Of a stretch of DNA of 64,000 bases, positions 31,224 through 41,639 are shown piece after piece. Location: assembly GCA_963777605.1 (NCBI GenBank), contig CAVZRV010000027.1, forward strand, positions 32,001-96,000. Reading direction: 5' to 3'. Both the position numbers and the translations under genes were made by a program. Below the pieces are notes generated by a model that saw nothing but the letters and a program-made list of their open reading frames with translations, had not been told where the DNA came from and did no database searches. How positions within the stretch are numbered: the stretch's first letter is position 1; the number at the start of each line of letters is the position of its first letter. Origin of the DNA: an uncultured Acidobacteriota bacterium. GTDB lineage: Bacteria; Acidobacteriota; UBA6911; RPQK01; JAPXNP01.

Positions 31224-32374
31224 TTGGCGCCTCCCTGTAGATCCAAGTGTGCGGCCCGGTAGGCCTCTAGCGTGACTTCCGCCGTCCTCTTCCACGAGAA
31301 CCGCTGTAAGTGCGTTCTGGAACGATTCACTAGGTCTTCTCTAAAATCTCTGTCGCTAACGACTCTTTTGATAGCTGATGCCAAACCGTCCACATCGCCA
31401 AGTGCAACGATAACTCCTGCATCACCGACCACTTCTGGAAGCGAGCAACGATCCGACGCCACAACGGGGGTCTCACATGCCATTGCTTCCAGCACGGTCA
31501 ACCCAAAGCCTTCGAATCTGGAAACTGTCACGTAGACAGCCGCGGCACGGTAGAGGGCGGACAAATCCTCGTCATGAACGAATCCCAACAGCTGAACACG
31601 GTTAGCTATCCCAAGAGATTCGGCTTCTCTTTCAATCTCTATTCGAGCGCCGTAATCATTTCCAACGATAACCAAGCTCAGATCTGTACTCATCGCACCC
31701 TGGTGAAGCCGCCCCAACGCCCGAACCAGCATCAATGGGTTCTTGTGGGGCCCTACGGCCCCCACACTTAGAATGAAAGGATCTTTGACACCATACTTTG
31801 CGCAAACTCGCTTCACATCGTCATCGGTTCCAGAATAGCGCCGGCGCTCGTGCACAGCCAACGGAGTGACCACAACTTTTTCCGGAGGAATGTCCAAGTA
31901 TTGCACGATGTCACGCTTAGAGTATTCAGAGATTGTCAATACCCGTCTCGCGCGTTTCGCTGAAAGGGGGACAAACAGTCGCCAGTACGCCAGCTTCGCA
32001 CGACCAACGAACTCCGGATGGGCTCTATATAACATGTCACAAATTGTAACGACAGTCGGGCCCGTAGCGAAAATCGGAGAAACGTAGCCCGGAGAGTGAA
32101 GTACATCCAGTCGTAGACGTCTGGACAAGACCGGTAATGTGAGTTGCTCCCACAAGATTCGCCACAACTGAGGACGAGCCCTAACTGGCAATCGCAAGGA
32201 TTGGACATTTGACCTGCCCGGCTGAAACTTTTCACAATTCTGACTGTTTGTAAACAGGAAATATTCGTTTTCCGAGTCGATCTCACACAATGTATCAACC
32301 AACTCACAAGCATACAATCCTATTCCGCCCGACAGGCCAGGTGCGAAAGGCAGAAGATTTATCCCTATCCTCAA
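31220..32374 (-). CDS. glycosyltransferase family 4 (mannosyltransferase-like)
   Basis: WEQ, VVTICD, ISEYSK, PHKN, EGFGLTVLEAMAC. Confidence 0.9.
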   Translation of the reverse strand: MRIGINLLPFAPGLSGGIGLYACELVDTLCEIDSENEYFLFTNSQNCEKFQPGRSNVQSLRLPVRARPQLWRILWEQLTLPVLSRRLRLDVLHSPGYVSPIFATGPTVVTICDMLYRAHPEFVGRAKLAYWRLFVPLSAKRARRVLTISEYSKRDIVQYLDIPPEKVVVTPLAVHERRRYSGTDDDVKRVCAKYGVKDPFILSVGAVGPHKNPLMLVRALGRLHQGAMSTDLSLVIVGNDYGARIEIEREAESLGIANRVQLLGFVHDEDLSALYRAAAVYVTVSRFEGFGLTVLEAMACETPVVASDRCSLPEVVGDAGVIVALGDVDGLASAIKRVVSDRDFREDLVNRSRTHLQRFSWKRTAEVTLEAYRAAHLDLQGGAK

Positions 32375-32570
32375 CTGCTATCTCCCTCTATACTTTAGAT
32401 GCGCTTACCTCAAAAAACCCACGAATAACTTATAGGAGAAGGCCTTTTTCAGCCTCCGCACCCATGGCGCCTCATGCCCCTCTTGTCCACCTTAGCCTCA
32501 CTCCAAATTTCGAAATCTAGATTGAGGGACTGAGCCACACTTGTTTGAATTAGAAATTCAGGATTGAGGG

Positions 32571-33645
32571 GCTGAGCCCCGCCTCGTACGATTGGGTTTA
32601 GCAAAAAGACCTGATCGAAAGAGGAGTACTCAGCCCGTGAACCGATTTCGCAGCATCTTCAGTCAACTTCTCCAGCATTTTCCGCGTCTCGAGTTCCAGG
32701 AATTGGTCCGAGAGACCAAAGCCGAGCGTCACGCCCGGGGTTTCGCCTGCTGGACCCAGTTCGTCTCCATGCTGTTCTGCCAGCTGGGCAGAGCCCACAG
32801 CCTAAGGGAAATCTGTGGAGGTCTGGCCAGTTGCGAAGGCAAACTGAGCCATCTCGGAATCCGGATTCCGAAGCGTTCTACCCTCGCCTATGCCAACGAA
32901 CACCGTCCCTGGCAGCTGTACGAGCAGGTTTTCCATCGTCCGCTGGATCGCTGCCGAACCTTGACCGTCGGTCGGCGCCGCACCCGCCTATGGCGGGCAA
33001 AAATCCATTGGTGAGTCTGGATGCCACGGTGATCGATCTGTGCGCGTCGCTATTCGACTTGGCTCAGTTCCAGCGCACGAAAGGGGCCGTCAAGCTCCAT
33101 CTGCTGTTGGATCACGACGGGTATCTGCCCACCTTTGCCTGCGTTACCGAAGGGAAGGCGTCCGATCTGTCGGTGGCGCGCAAGCTGCACTTCCCAGCCG
33201 GAACCATCGTGGTCTTCGATCGAGGCTTCAACGACTACGACTGGTTTGCCGAATTGACCGACTTTCGTTCAAGGCCCTCAAGCACAATCTGAAGATCAAG
33301 ACGTTCGTGGGCGTCACGCCGAATGCCCTGAAAACCCAGGTTTAGACAGCACTGATCGCCATGCTGATCCTGCGCTATCTGCAGTTGAAGTCGGCCTACG
33401 ACTGGTCCTTGTCCAATCTGGCGGCGCTGTTGCGCATGAATCTGTTCGTGCATCGCGACTTATGGCCTGGCTGAACGAGCCGTTCGAATCCCCGCCCGAG
33501 CCGCCGGAGGCCGCTCAACCAGCGCTTCCCTTCATCTAATCCGGACAGCAAAATCGGAGGCCTGGACACGGACAACGCGAAAATCGAGTCGGAAACCCAG
33601 TCAGGGCGCGGGGGTGGTTCTCAGATCTCCGCCAATTTGGACAGT
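32571..33645 (+). mobile_element. IS4 family (DUF4372-type) element; transposase frameshifted and internally deleted
   Basis: SIFSQLL, CWTQFVSMLFCQL, RSTLAYAN, LDATVI, KGAVKLH, VFDRG, FKALKHNLKIKTF; DDE core truncated and an in-frame TAG present. Confidence 0.85.
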
Positions 33646-33714
33646 GGGACTGAGCCCAGCTTCGTATGATTGGGTTTGTCGAAAAGACCTGATCGCAGCG
33701 GAGGACTCAGCCCC

Positions 33715-35268
33715 TCAATCCTGAATTGTTGATTCGGAAATTTTCGCTGATTCGCACAGTACCCTCTTCTTTTGGCTAATATACACAATTCCTCCAAGAA
33801 AGATGACAGGGTAAAGAAATCCTGGACTTAATAGTCTAAATGATAGAAAGACCCACACGCCAAACGAAAGTATGACCAAAGTTTCGTACCGTTTCCTTCG
33901 CCGCCACGCTCTCAAGCCAAAACGATCAAAAATCCTAACGATTGAACCTAGTAAAGCACCTCCGAAAACAGCCCCCAACCATCCCCAACTCATATACCAC
34001 TGGCCGACGATACCGGGCAACATATTTCCTCCCGATTTATCAATGTCAATATTCCATCGAAATAAACTGTAGAGCCAAACTGTCCCTGACACAGGCTTGT
34101 TGGGCCACAGAAATCTCGGGATCGGTGAGACTAGAAATGTTTTAAGAATGTTCTCATTCTGATATGGCACCATTTCGGGCACGAGCCGAACGACAAATAC
34201 CGTTTCCCTAAAATAGTCGATTGTCCCTCTCAGCGTGAGCCAATCTGCCCAAATTTCTGTTGAGATGCTATCACGCGTCCTTTCAGTCCGAAATAATACC
34301 TGAAACTGGACTAACAGTATGATAAAGAAAGTTGCGCTCACTCCTATTCTAATAGCTTTTACTTTGTGCGTTCTCCATATTTTCATCAACCAAAGCCCGC
34401 ACGGCGGTATAATCACCAATGCGACAATCGATCGCGTACCGAAATCAAGATAAACGAGAGCAGTGGTAAACAGAGCAATTATCAAGATTCCAGTACGAGT
34501 CGTAATTCTCAGCTTCTTCTCTTCCAGTATGCTCCACAGTAGTGCGGTTCCCGCGACCAAGCCACTACTACACAAGTAACCCAATGCGCTTGCTTCATTC
34601 CCAAATCGACTAACTTGAATCCACGGCTTTACAACGGACCGCCCCCCAAGAACCGCCTTCACCACACTTGCAACGCTTTCTCCATACAAGAAGTACGGCA
34701 ACAATCCAACAAGGCAAGCGCAAAGAGCCAAACCCAACAGTCGCTTCCTACACGTCCTCCTAGGTCTTACCCATCGTCTCCGGCGAAGGTTCAACATTAC
34801 GTCCACCACAAACATTGCTCCCATACCACTTAGCAGAAACAATGCAATACAGGTCAACGCCAAGATGAACGGTCCAACATTCTCCGGCGACTCGGTAGGA
34901 GTTTCGGCGCCCAAACCAGCAAGGCTCACCATTAGTGGGTATGCGTACCAAATTAGAAAAGCGAGGACAAAAAAGAATCCTGCAGCATCCCCATGTCTCC
35001 CCAGACCGAATACGCCTTCGATTACAAGGGCCGTCAAGCAAATAAACAGCGTCAACCCCAACCAGAAGAAGCTATCGTGGCTTGGCCGGCCAATTGCCAA
35101 GACAGTTAGACAAGCAACCAAAGGCACTCCCGCGACCAGACACCTGGCCAACAACCTGTCCGATGGATTCTGAAACCACTCCGTCTTTCTTAACAGGAAT
35201 CCATCAAGGCTCGGAACTCTCCGTTGATAATCCTTACTAAAGCTCCTATGCACTTGCACGTAATCCAC
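33715..35268 (-). CDS. putative Wzy O-antigen/EPS polymerase
   Basis: about 10 or more TM segments, GTRS motif, PIPRFLWPNKP, GQWYMSWGWLG; located in a polysaccharide cluster. Confidence 0.7.
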   Translation of the reverse strand: MDYVQVHRSFSKDYQRRVPSLDGFLLRKTEWFQNPSDRLLARCLVAGVPLVACLTVLAIGRPSHDSFFWLGLTLFICLTALVIEGVFGLGRHGDAAGFFFVLAFLIWYAYPLMVSLAGLGAETPTESPENVGPFILALTCIALFLLSGMGAMFVVDVMLNLRRRRWVRPRRTCRKRLLGLALCACLVGLLPYFLYGESVASVVKAVLGGRSVVKPWIQVSRFGNEASALGYLCSSGLVAGTALLWSILEEKKLRITTRTGILIIALFTTALVYLDFGTRSIVALVIIPPCGLWLMKIWRTHKVKAIRIGVSATFFIILLVQFQVLFRTERTRDSISTEIWADWLTLRGTIDYFRETVFVVRLVPEMVPYQNENILKTFLVSPIPRFLWPNKPVSGTVWLYSLFRWNIDIDKSGGNMLPGIVGQWYMSWGWLGAVFGGALLGSIVRIFDRFGLRAWRRRKRYETLVILSFGVWVFLSFRLLSPGFLYPVIFLGGIVYISQKKRVLCESAKISESTIQD

Positions 35269-35326
35269 AACCTCTTTGACTCACACCTTCAAAACACTCC
35301 CAAAAACGTCACTATTCCTCTGAGAT

Positions 35327-36262
35327 CTACCTCTCACCGGTTTCCAAGTCAGATAGAAGGGAGTAATTGCCTGAGAATCCCGGTGCGTTGCGAATACCCT
35401 TTCTTAGAATAAAAAGAGCTTTATCCCGATCGCCATCATCATTATAAGTTCTGGCGAGCCAATAATAGCTTTCGCCTAGTTTTTCATCCAAATCAATAGC
35501 TTCTGCGAGATACTTTATAGTTAAACTATACTTTCCTCTAACATAATAATATCTGCCAAGTAACGTCTTTGACAGCACGCCTGGGTTCGCCCTGTCGAAT
35601 GCCTCACACGCATTATAGGAGCTAGTAGAAAAGGAGATACTCTTCACTGACTCCAAGCACTCATACCGGTACATTTCCGCCTTCGTCGGATCATACTTCT
35701 CAGAGATCCTATTCGCGATCCTGAAGAAACGGAATGCCTTTTCGATATCTCCGTCCTGTTCCAACACCGCACGTCCCCAATGGGCAAAGATTGAACTTAC
35801 CTTGAGCGCCATCTCCTCGTTAGCGATCGGCGTTACAGACAGGCCCAAGCGATCTAGGATCTCCACCTCGTAACAAAGGTCAGCAATAGTTCTTCTGTTC
35901 CCAAAAGACGCATTCCTGCGGAATCGAGCAAGGCGTAGCCTGTCAGACTCGCAAAGCAAGCTCAGATGAGATTTAATTCTCATCAATCTGGCGTCCCCGG
36001 GTGCCCGACTGACCGCCTCCAGAAATGACCTCGCTTCACTACAGACTTCCTCACCTGCGAGCCGTTGATTACCGAAGACCTCAGGTGGTCCATTCTTCGC
36101 CGTCAGCACAGACGATCCCTTTAATCCCGACAGCGTTATTAGGCTACCTCTGAAGAAAGTCCATTGGTGACCGGAAGTTGTAACAGCCGCAGAGACGAGA
36201 AGCACCAGCAACAAAAGCCTCACTAAACTTTCAACTTTCTCTCTTGATCTCACGAACCGCAA
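35327..36262 (-). CDS. hypothetical membrane-anchored TPR-like protein
   Basis: N-terminal hydrophobic stretch; C-terminal LGRYYYVRGKY...AIDLD...YYWLA TPR-like helices. Confidence 0.55.
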   Translation of the reverse strand: MRFVRSREKVESLVRLLLLVLLVSAAVTTSGHQWTFFRGSLITLSGLKGSSVLTAKNGPPEVFGNQRLAGEEVCSEARSFLEAVSRAPGDARLMRIKSHLSLLCESDRLRLARFRRNASFGNRRTIADLCYEVEILDRLGLSVTPIANEEMALKVSSIFAHWGRAVLEQDGDIEKAFRFFRIANRISEKYDPTKAEMYRYECLESVKSISFSTSSYNACEAFDRANPGVLSKTLLGRYYYVRGKYSLTIKYLAEAIDLDEKLGESYYWLARTYNDDGDRDKALFILRKGIRNAPGFSGNYSLLSDLETGER

Positions 36263-36337
36263 GTTTTCTCCCGTTTACCAAGGCACCGCCAACAATCTAG
36301 CCTATAACCAGGCGCCTCAAGACGCTACAATCTAGCC

Positions 36338-37583
36338 AGTACAGCGTTCATAAAATAGAGCTTCAATGAAGCTACACATGGACTTCGTCCACTTGATATT
36401 TCCAGCGGAAGACTACCGGATCCAGATTAACTTCTTCGAGGTATTGTTCAATGCGTGATTTCAACTCCGCTTGGGAGCTAACTCGCAGCCCACGCAAGAA
36501 GGAGCGCGTCATTTTGCTGAAGAAGACCTCGATCAAGTTCAGCCAGGATCCGTGTTTCGGCGTAAAGACCAGGTTGGGTCGGTTGGCCAGATGGCGTTGC
36601 ATCTCCTTCGAAAAGTGGGAGGGGTGATTGTCGAGAACCACGCGGATTTTCCAATCCTCCGGGTAGGAGCGGTACAGCAGTTCGAGCAGCTCAATGAACT
36701 CTTGACTGCGGTTTCGCTCGCGCACCAGACCCCAGGACCCTGGCCCGTGTGCAGATCGAGGCCACTCAACAGCCGCAGGGGTGCCATGACGGATGTATTC
36801 CGAGTCCAGCCCCCGACGCGCCAGTTCGCCCGCTCGAAAACGATAATCGGCTAGAGTCGTAGCCAGCGCCTGGATCCCCGGTCTTTCGTCCACACACACC
36901 GTGGCCATCGTCCGTTCGCCGACCACTTTCGATTCGTTAATCAGTGCTACCTCCTTGTAGACCACCAGAATCTGCGCTTTCTTCTTCTCAAACTCCGGGT
37001 CCCGGGCTTCCAGAAGATAGCGAATCTTTTGAGGGCGCACGGCGTCCGCCTTCAGGATGCCGAACACCAATGCTTTACCGGCCCGCTCCAGATGCGGATA
37101 TCCTGCTGCGTGGGCATTCCGACGGATATGTCGGGCCAAGGCTGCGTAGGTCCACAGTTCAACGGCGTACCCCAGATCGGTCGGTTTCTGACACGCCAGA
37201 TCCACGACCCACGCTCGGGCTTCGTCGCTGATCGTCGCCGGGGTGATCTCCCAGTGCCGTATCCACCCCCTGCGACAACGCCTTTCGGATACACCAATCT
37301 ACCTTCGTTCGGGTTGTGCCCATTTTGCGGGCGATGGCCGAGATGCTTTCCCCGGCCTCAAAGGCCAGCAACATCTGAGAACGGGTGACGGTCGCATGTT
37401 TGGCCGTCCGGGACCGGGACAGTCACTCCAAAGCCCTTCTTTGCTCTTCGGACAACTGAAGCTTGGCCTTTCGGCTGATAAACGGCATGGCGTCTCCTCC
37501 AGCACATCTGTCAAAATTACGAAACCTCTTCGAGCCACGGCCACACAGCTTTCATTCTATATCTCGCTAGCTTGGGAGTTCTA
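36338..37583 (-). mobile_element. IS630 family element, transposase pseudogene (element ends approximate)
   Basis: ATG at 37488 with HTH region (ISAIARKMG), then WTYAALA, VDERPGIQAL, EYIRHGT, VLDNH, FTPKHGSWLNLIE; stops and frameshifts present. Confidence 0.85.
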
Positions 37584-37806
37584 ATCTAAAATAGACAATC
37601 GGCATCGCATTTGGTCAACAACGGCACGTTGACCGTTCAATCTTGCACAGGCAGGAAGATGAAGAGTCCTGCTAATAAATTTACTTCATCCCGCATTTAC
37701 TGTAAATATTAGATTTCATGTTGTCATAAAATAATACGTTATAAATCTAGTTCTAGAATTTTAATCTACGTAGTTTTATAACGCAATGCACATCATATAC
37801 GTTGAA

Positions 37807-39015
37807 TTAACTTCGAGTCAGTACTCTCCGCAACGAGTAAATAAAGTCGCCATTATGCCTATCTAAAGTGAAATGGCTTCGGATTCTCTTAATCGTTTTG
37901 GTGCGCAAGTCTCGGTATTTCTCGAAAGACATCTGGAGAGCTCGTCCGCAAGCTGAGGAAATTGATTCGATCGAACAGTCCCCCAAGTCAAGCCCACAAT
38001 CCGAGATATCTATATTCGCTTGACTAGGAAGAATGGGGACTAGACCATGCGCCATGGATTCGAGGACGGAACCTGGTTGACCCTCAGCGCAGGTTGCAGA
38101 GATTGTCCAGGCACAAATACTTGCGAGTTCCTTGAATTCCCGAGATCTCATTTCCACGAACCCATGATAATGAATATTCTCAGCTTCAAGTTCCTGTTGA
38201 TAGATTCTTGCAAACCCTGCGTCAAGTCGCTGGCAGATATGCAGATGGGATGTTGAATCGAAAAACGCCTCGAGTAGAAGGTCTAACCCCTTATGGATAT
38301 TTCCATCTCCGCTAAAGAACAGGAAGTGACTTTGCGCCGACTGGAAATCTGCTTTGGTAATCGCAGGCAGGTCATAGGCAACCGGAAAGACCGCCGAGTC
38401 AAATGCAAAAACATTCTTAAATCCAGCATACGATTCGAGAACATTTCGATTTCCCAGACAAATGATTGCATCGGCGATCTGGTTAGCCTCCTCTTCTCCT
38501 GCGGTGATTGGACGGTCTGGAGGTAAGAGGTACCCGCGGCGAACTGCGAGGTCGTAGATTCGTTTCGCCTCACTTACATTTGCGGCCTTCCAGTAGAGGC
38601 CCGTGGAAAGATAAACTTTTACAGTATTCTTATCCAGCGCTTCCGATAGTCGAATGAAGTTATGTCCAGAATGGCCTACAAAGAGGTCATACTGCTTCCT
38701 CGGGCGCCATGAGTTGTTGTCAAAGTTGACTAGATCTACAACATAACCCATTCGATTAAGACAGTGTGCAATCTCCTGGGCTCGGCCTCGACTGTGAAAG
38801 CGAGTTCGGTCTCGAAGATTCGGAACTGGGAGTAGAGGCGCGACATGAAAAGCGAGAAGCGCTCTACCGACCGACTCCCCAACTAGACTCTCACAAAAAT
38901 CTGTGATGACGCGCCGTTTTGCGTATTCAACCAGAAGTTTCGAGGTGACAGATCTACTTGAGACAAACTGACTCAGCCCATGGCTGATCCACTTAGATAC
39001 CGTGCCCTTAGTCAG
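37807..39015 (-). CDS. glycosyltransferase (GT4-like), probable CTG start
   Basis: HKGLDLLLEAF, EGQPGSVLESMAHGLVPI. The frame is open upstream of the ATG at 38751 to a CTG at 39015 preceded by GAGGTAGGGG. Confidence 0.75.
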   Translation of the reverse strand: MTKGTVSKWISHGLSQFVSSRSVTSKLLVEYAKRRVITDFCESLVGESVGRALLAFHVAPLLPVPNLRDRTRFHSRGRAQEIAHCLNRMGYVVDLVNFDNNSWRPRKQYDLFVGHSGHNFIRLSEALDKNTVKVYLSTGLYWKAANVSEAKRIYDLAVRRGYLLPPDRPITAGEEEANQIADAIICLGNRNVLESYAGFKNVFAFDSAVFPVAYDLPAITKADFQSAQSHFLFFSGDGNIHKGLDLLLEAFFDSTSHLHICQRLDAGFARIYQQELEAENIHYHGFVEMRSREFKELASICAWTISATCAEGQPGSVLESMAHGLVPILPSQANIDISDCGLDLGDCSIESISSACGRALQMSFEKYRDLRTKTIKRIRSHFTLDRHNGDFIYSLRRVLTRS

Positions 39016-39128
39016 AATATACCCCTACCTCGAGTGGCCTAGAGTCACTCTTTCAACCCAACCTGAATCACTCCTAAACGCCCCCGATTCCCACGATAGC
39101 GGACTCAGCCAACCGAGTTGAACGATAA

Positions 39129-40514
39129 TTACGCTGCGGTCACTCTGTCAGCCCTGTAGCGGAAGTTATGGTAGACCCAGTACGCACCCGGTGCCTGGAG
39201 GAGCAATGAAACGCCAAGATAGCCAAGCCCCAACCCGAGACCTCCCCAAAACCTCGCCCCAAAATAGGACACAACAACAACAAGAATCGCATTCACGAAC
39301 AGAAACCCTGCTAATGGCTCCCGCTTGAACGCACGAAAGTACACACACAACCCTTGCACCATTACGCCTATCACCCCACCAAGCAGCACAGCCACAGCTC
39401 CTCCCGGAGACAACAACCTTCCCACAAAGCCAAGGTGCAGCCATGCTCCGACGACAAGGCCCACCGAAACAGCGATACTGCCAGCCGACGCCACAATTGC
39501 GGCCTGTCCCAACGCAGCACCAAACTCCCTGTTCAATCGCTCCACTTCGCCCCGGGCGACAAACATCCCGAACCGGGGAACCTTCGTACTCAACCAGTTC
39601 GCGGCCACTGCACTCAGGACGCTTAGAATCGAGATTGTCATTCCAACCTTACCCGCCAATACTGGTCCGGAGGCGAGGAATGCCAGCGGAGTGAGAGCGT
39701 AACTCACAAGGTATCCACTGGCAAATGACACAGCTACCCGCCACTGCATCGGCCACACCTCTTCTTTCCAGTTCATCCCCGATTCCGCCGAAGCCACAAA
39801 ACTGCCCTTGATGAGCGGCCAATGTGTTCTTCTCAGGTACAGACTGCCCCAAATCACGCTACTCGCGGAAGCAACCACCAGCGCCCATAAGCCAGCGCCC
39901 AATGCGATCGCTGCACAGATCAACGTCACATAAACAATCCGCTGTCCCAATCGCTGTCGCCAGTAAGAAACCACCTCGTCGACTGCCAGTAAAGTCTGAT
40001 ACAAGGGTACCAAAAGGAAATTCAAGCAACTGACTATCACTATGCACAACCAGGGCCACAACCAATAAATACCGTCGCTACCCGCTCTCGAAAAAAAAGC
40101 AACACCACCTGCGCCAACTATTCCAAGATACAGGACTCCGGCGGACGCATACCACCGTACGGCCGATTGCACCAATGATCGGAATCGTGCAAGCGCAATC
40201 CGATCTCCCGTCAGCCCATCGTTGGATCCATAATTCAACAAAGCCCTCTCGTGACTGCCAAACTGCACAATCACTTGGCCAACTCCCAACTCAAATAACG
40301 ACTGCATCGAGACAAAAGAGGCAAACGTATAGTAATATCCCTGCGCCGCTGGCGAAAAATGAAGTGCGACCATTATCGCGACAAGTGGACCGCTCGCAAT
40401 CGCTACGCAGTTAGTTGCTAACGCTACACCAATACTCTTCTCAATCCCAATCCATAAAGAGATCCTCCGAACAGCTTCCGCAACTAAATTCCCGATTCCA
40501 TTTAAACTTATCAC
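39129..40514 (-). CDS. wzx: Wzx flippase
   Basis: FSPAAQGYYYTF, FELG, PMQWR, multiple TM segments. Confidence 0.8.
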   Translation of the reverse strand: MISLNGIGNLVAEAVRRISLWIGIEKSIGVALATNCVAIASGPLVAIMVALHFSPAAQGYYYTFASFVSMQSLFELGVGQVIVQFGSHERALLNYGSNDGLTGDRIALARFRSLVQSAVRWYASAGVLYLGIVGAGGVAFFSRAGSDGIYWLWPWLCIVIVSCLNFLLVPLYQTLLAVDEVVSYWRQRLGQRIVYVTLICAAIALGAGLWALVVASASSVIWGSLYLRRTHWPLIKGSFVASAESGMNWKEEVWPMQWRVAVSFASGYLVSYALTPLAFLASGPVLAGKVGMTISILSVLSAVAANWLSTKVPRFGMFVARGEVERLNREFGAALGQAAIVASAGSIAVSVGLVVGAWLHLGFVGRLLSPGGAVAVLLGGVIGVMVQGLCVYFRAFKREPLAGFLFVNAILVVVVSYFGARFWGGLGLGLGYLGVSLLLQAPGAYWVYHNFRYRADRVTAA

Positions 40515-40544
40515 GTATACTAGCTATTCTAGAAAAAGCATTCT

Positions 40545-41465
40545 TTAACCGCCCAAGATTGGGTAGCTCAGGCCAGACTCGGCAACGACCGCATCAATAT
40601 CTCTCACATTCTCTCTAGATAGGGTTCCGCTCCAAAAGAATGGGAAGGATCGGTCCTCGACTATTTCAGCCCATCTATAAAGGCCATGCAGAGTCCTGTG
40701 AGTCATAAGAGACGGAGTGAATATGTAAGACGGATGAATATCCTGATTGACACCAACATAATTCAGGAGTTTTCTCGTTTCATCGAATGGTGATTGATAG
40801 AAATCTTCGTACTTAACACAGCACACATCCTCAGAACGCAACCTCTCCACGGCAATAGAGTGCGTCGCCGCCCACATTAATGCTATCTTTTCAAGTTTTG
40901 AATAGCGATTGTTTCTAATATTATCTCTGAACTTCTTAAATCTTTCACTAAACTCCTCAGAGAATATAACTCTCTCAAGGAATGCGCCCCAATGGAAATC
41001 CCAACCGAACTCTTCCCAAAAACGGCTTCTTCGCACTATAGATGCGATTACTGCCCGAGGATCTCGAACTACAAATACGACTCGGCAGGAAAGATCATTA
41101 ATAAACAGACCAATCGGCATATTAAGCCTAATTTCTTTAAATCCAATAATTTTGCAATTATCATAAACAAGATCTGAAAATTCCTCAGTAACTTGATCAA
41201 TACTGCCGACCAGATGATTTCTAAGAAGCCATTTACTTCGGACTGCTCCCGAAACCGCCTTGTCGACATGGTTTCGAATGACCAAGGCCTGCTCCTTATT
41301 GACATTCGGACGGTAGACAAGATCTCGAGATTCCGGGAAAACTGCCGGGTGCAAAGGTTCGAATAGAATCAGGCCCCCAGCGGCCTTGGACAATATGTCG
41401 GAAATCCATGTCGTTCCGGATCTCCCAAACCCCAGGATTGCGAGTCTCTTCTTTGTCTCGCCCAT
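40545..41465 (-). CDS. sulfotransferase family protein
   Basis: 5'-PSB motif GRSGTTW, FEP, 3'-PB motif VRDPRAVIAS, KYED. Confidence 0.88.
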   Translation of the reverse strand: MGETKKRLAILGFGRSGTTWISDILSKAAGGLILFEPLHPAVFPESRDLVYRPNVNKEQALVIRNHVDKAVSGAVRSKWLLRNHLVGSIDQVTEEFSDLVYDNCKIIGFKEIRLNMPIGLFINDLSCRVVFVVRDPRAVIASIVRRSRFWEEFGWDFHWGAFLERVIFSEEFSERFKKFRDNIRNNRYSKLEKIALMWAATHSIAVERLRSEDVCCVKYEDFYQSPFDETRKLLNYVGVNQDIHPSYIFTPSLMTHRTLHGLYRWAEIVEDRSFPFFWSGTLSRENVRDIDAVVAESGLSYPILGG

Positions 41466-41639
41466 GGTTAATCAGGGTCTAACAGGTTATCTTATCTTCG
41501 ATGACGACTGGTAACCGCCAACATAACCTTTAATCGAAACACTTCACCTTTAGCTCAATTTCTTAGTTCGATCAGCGCGAAAGGCACGTCTACTGGTAGT
41601 GAAACTCTATGTTCCGCCCTCGGTAACCTGCCGCTCCAC

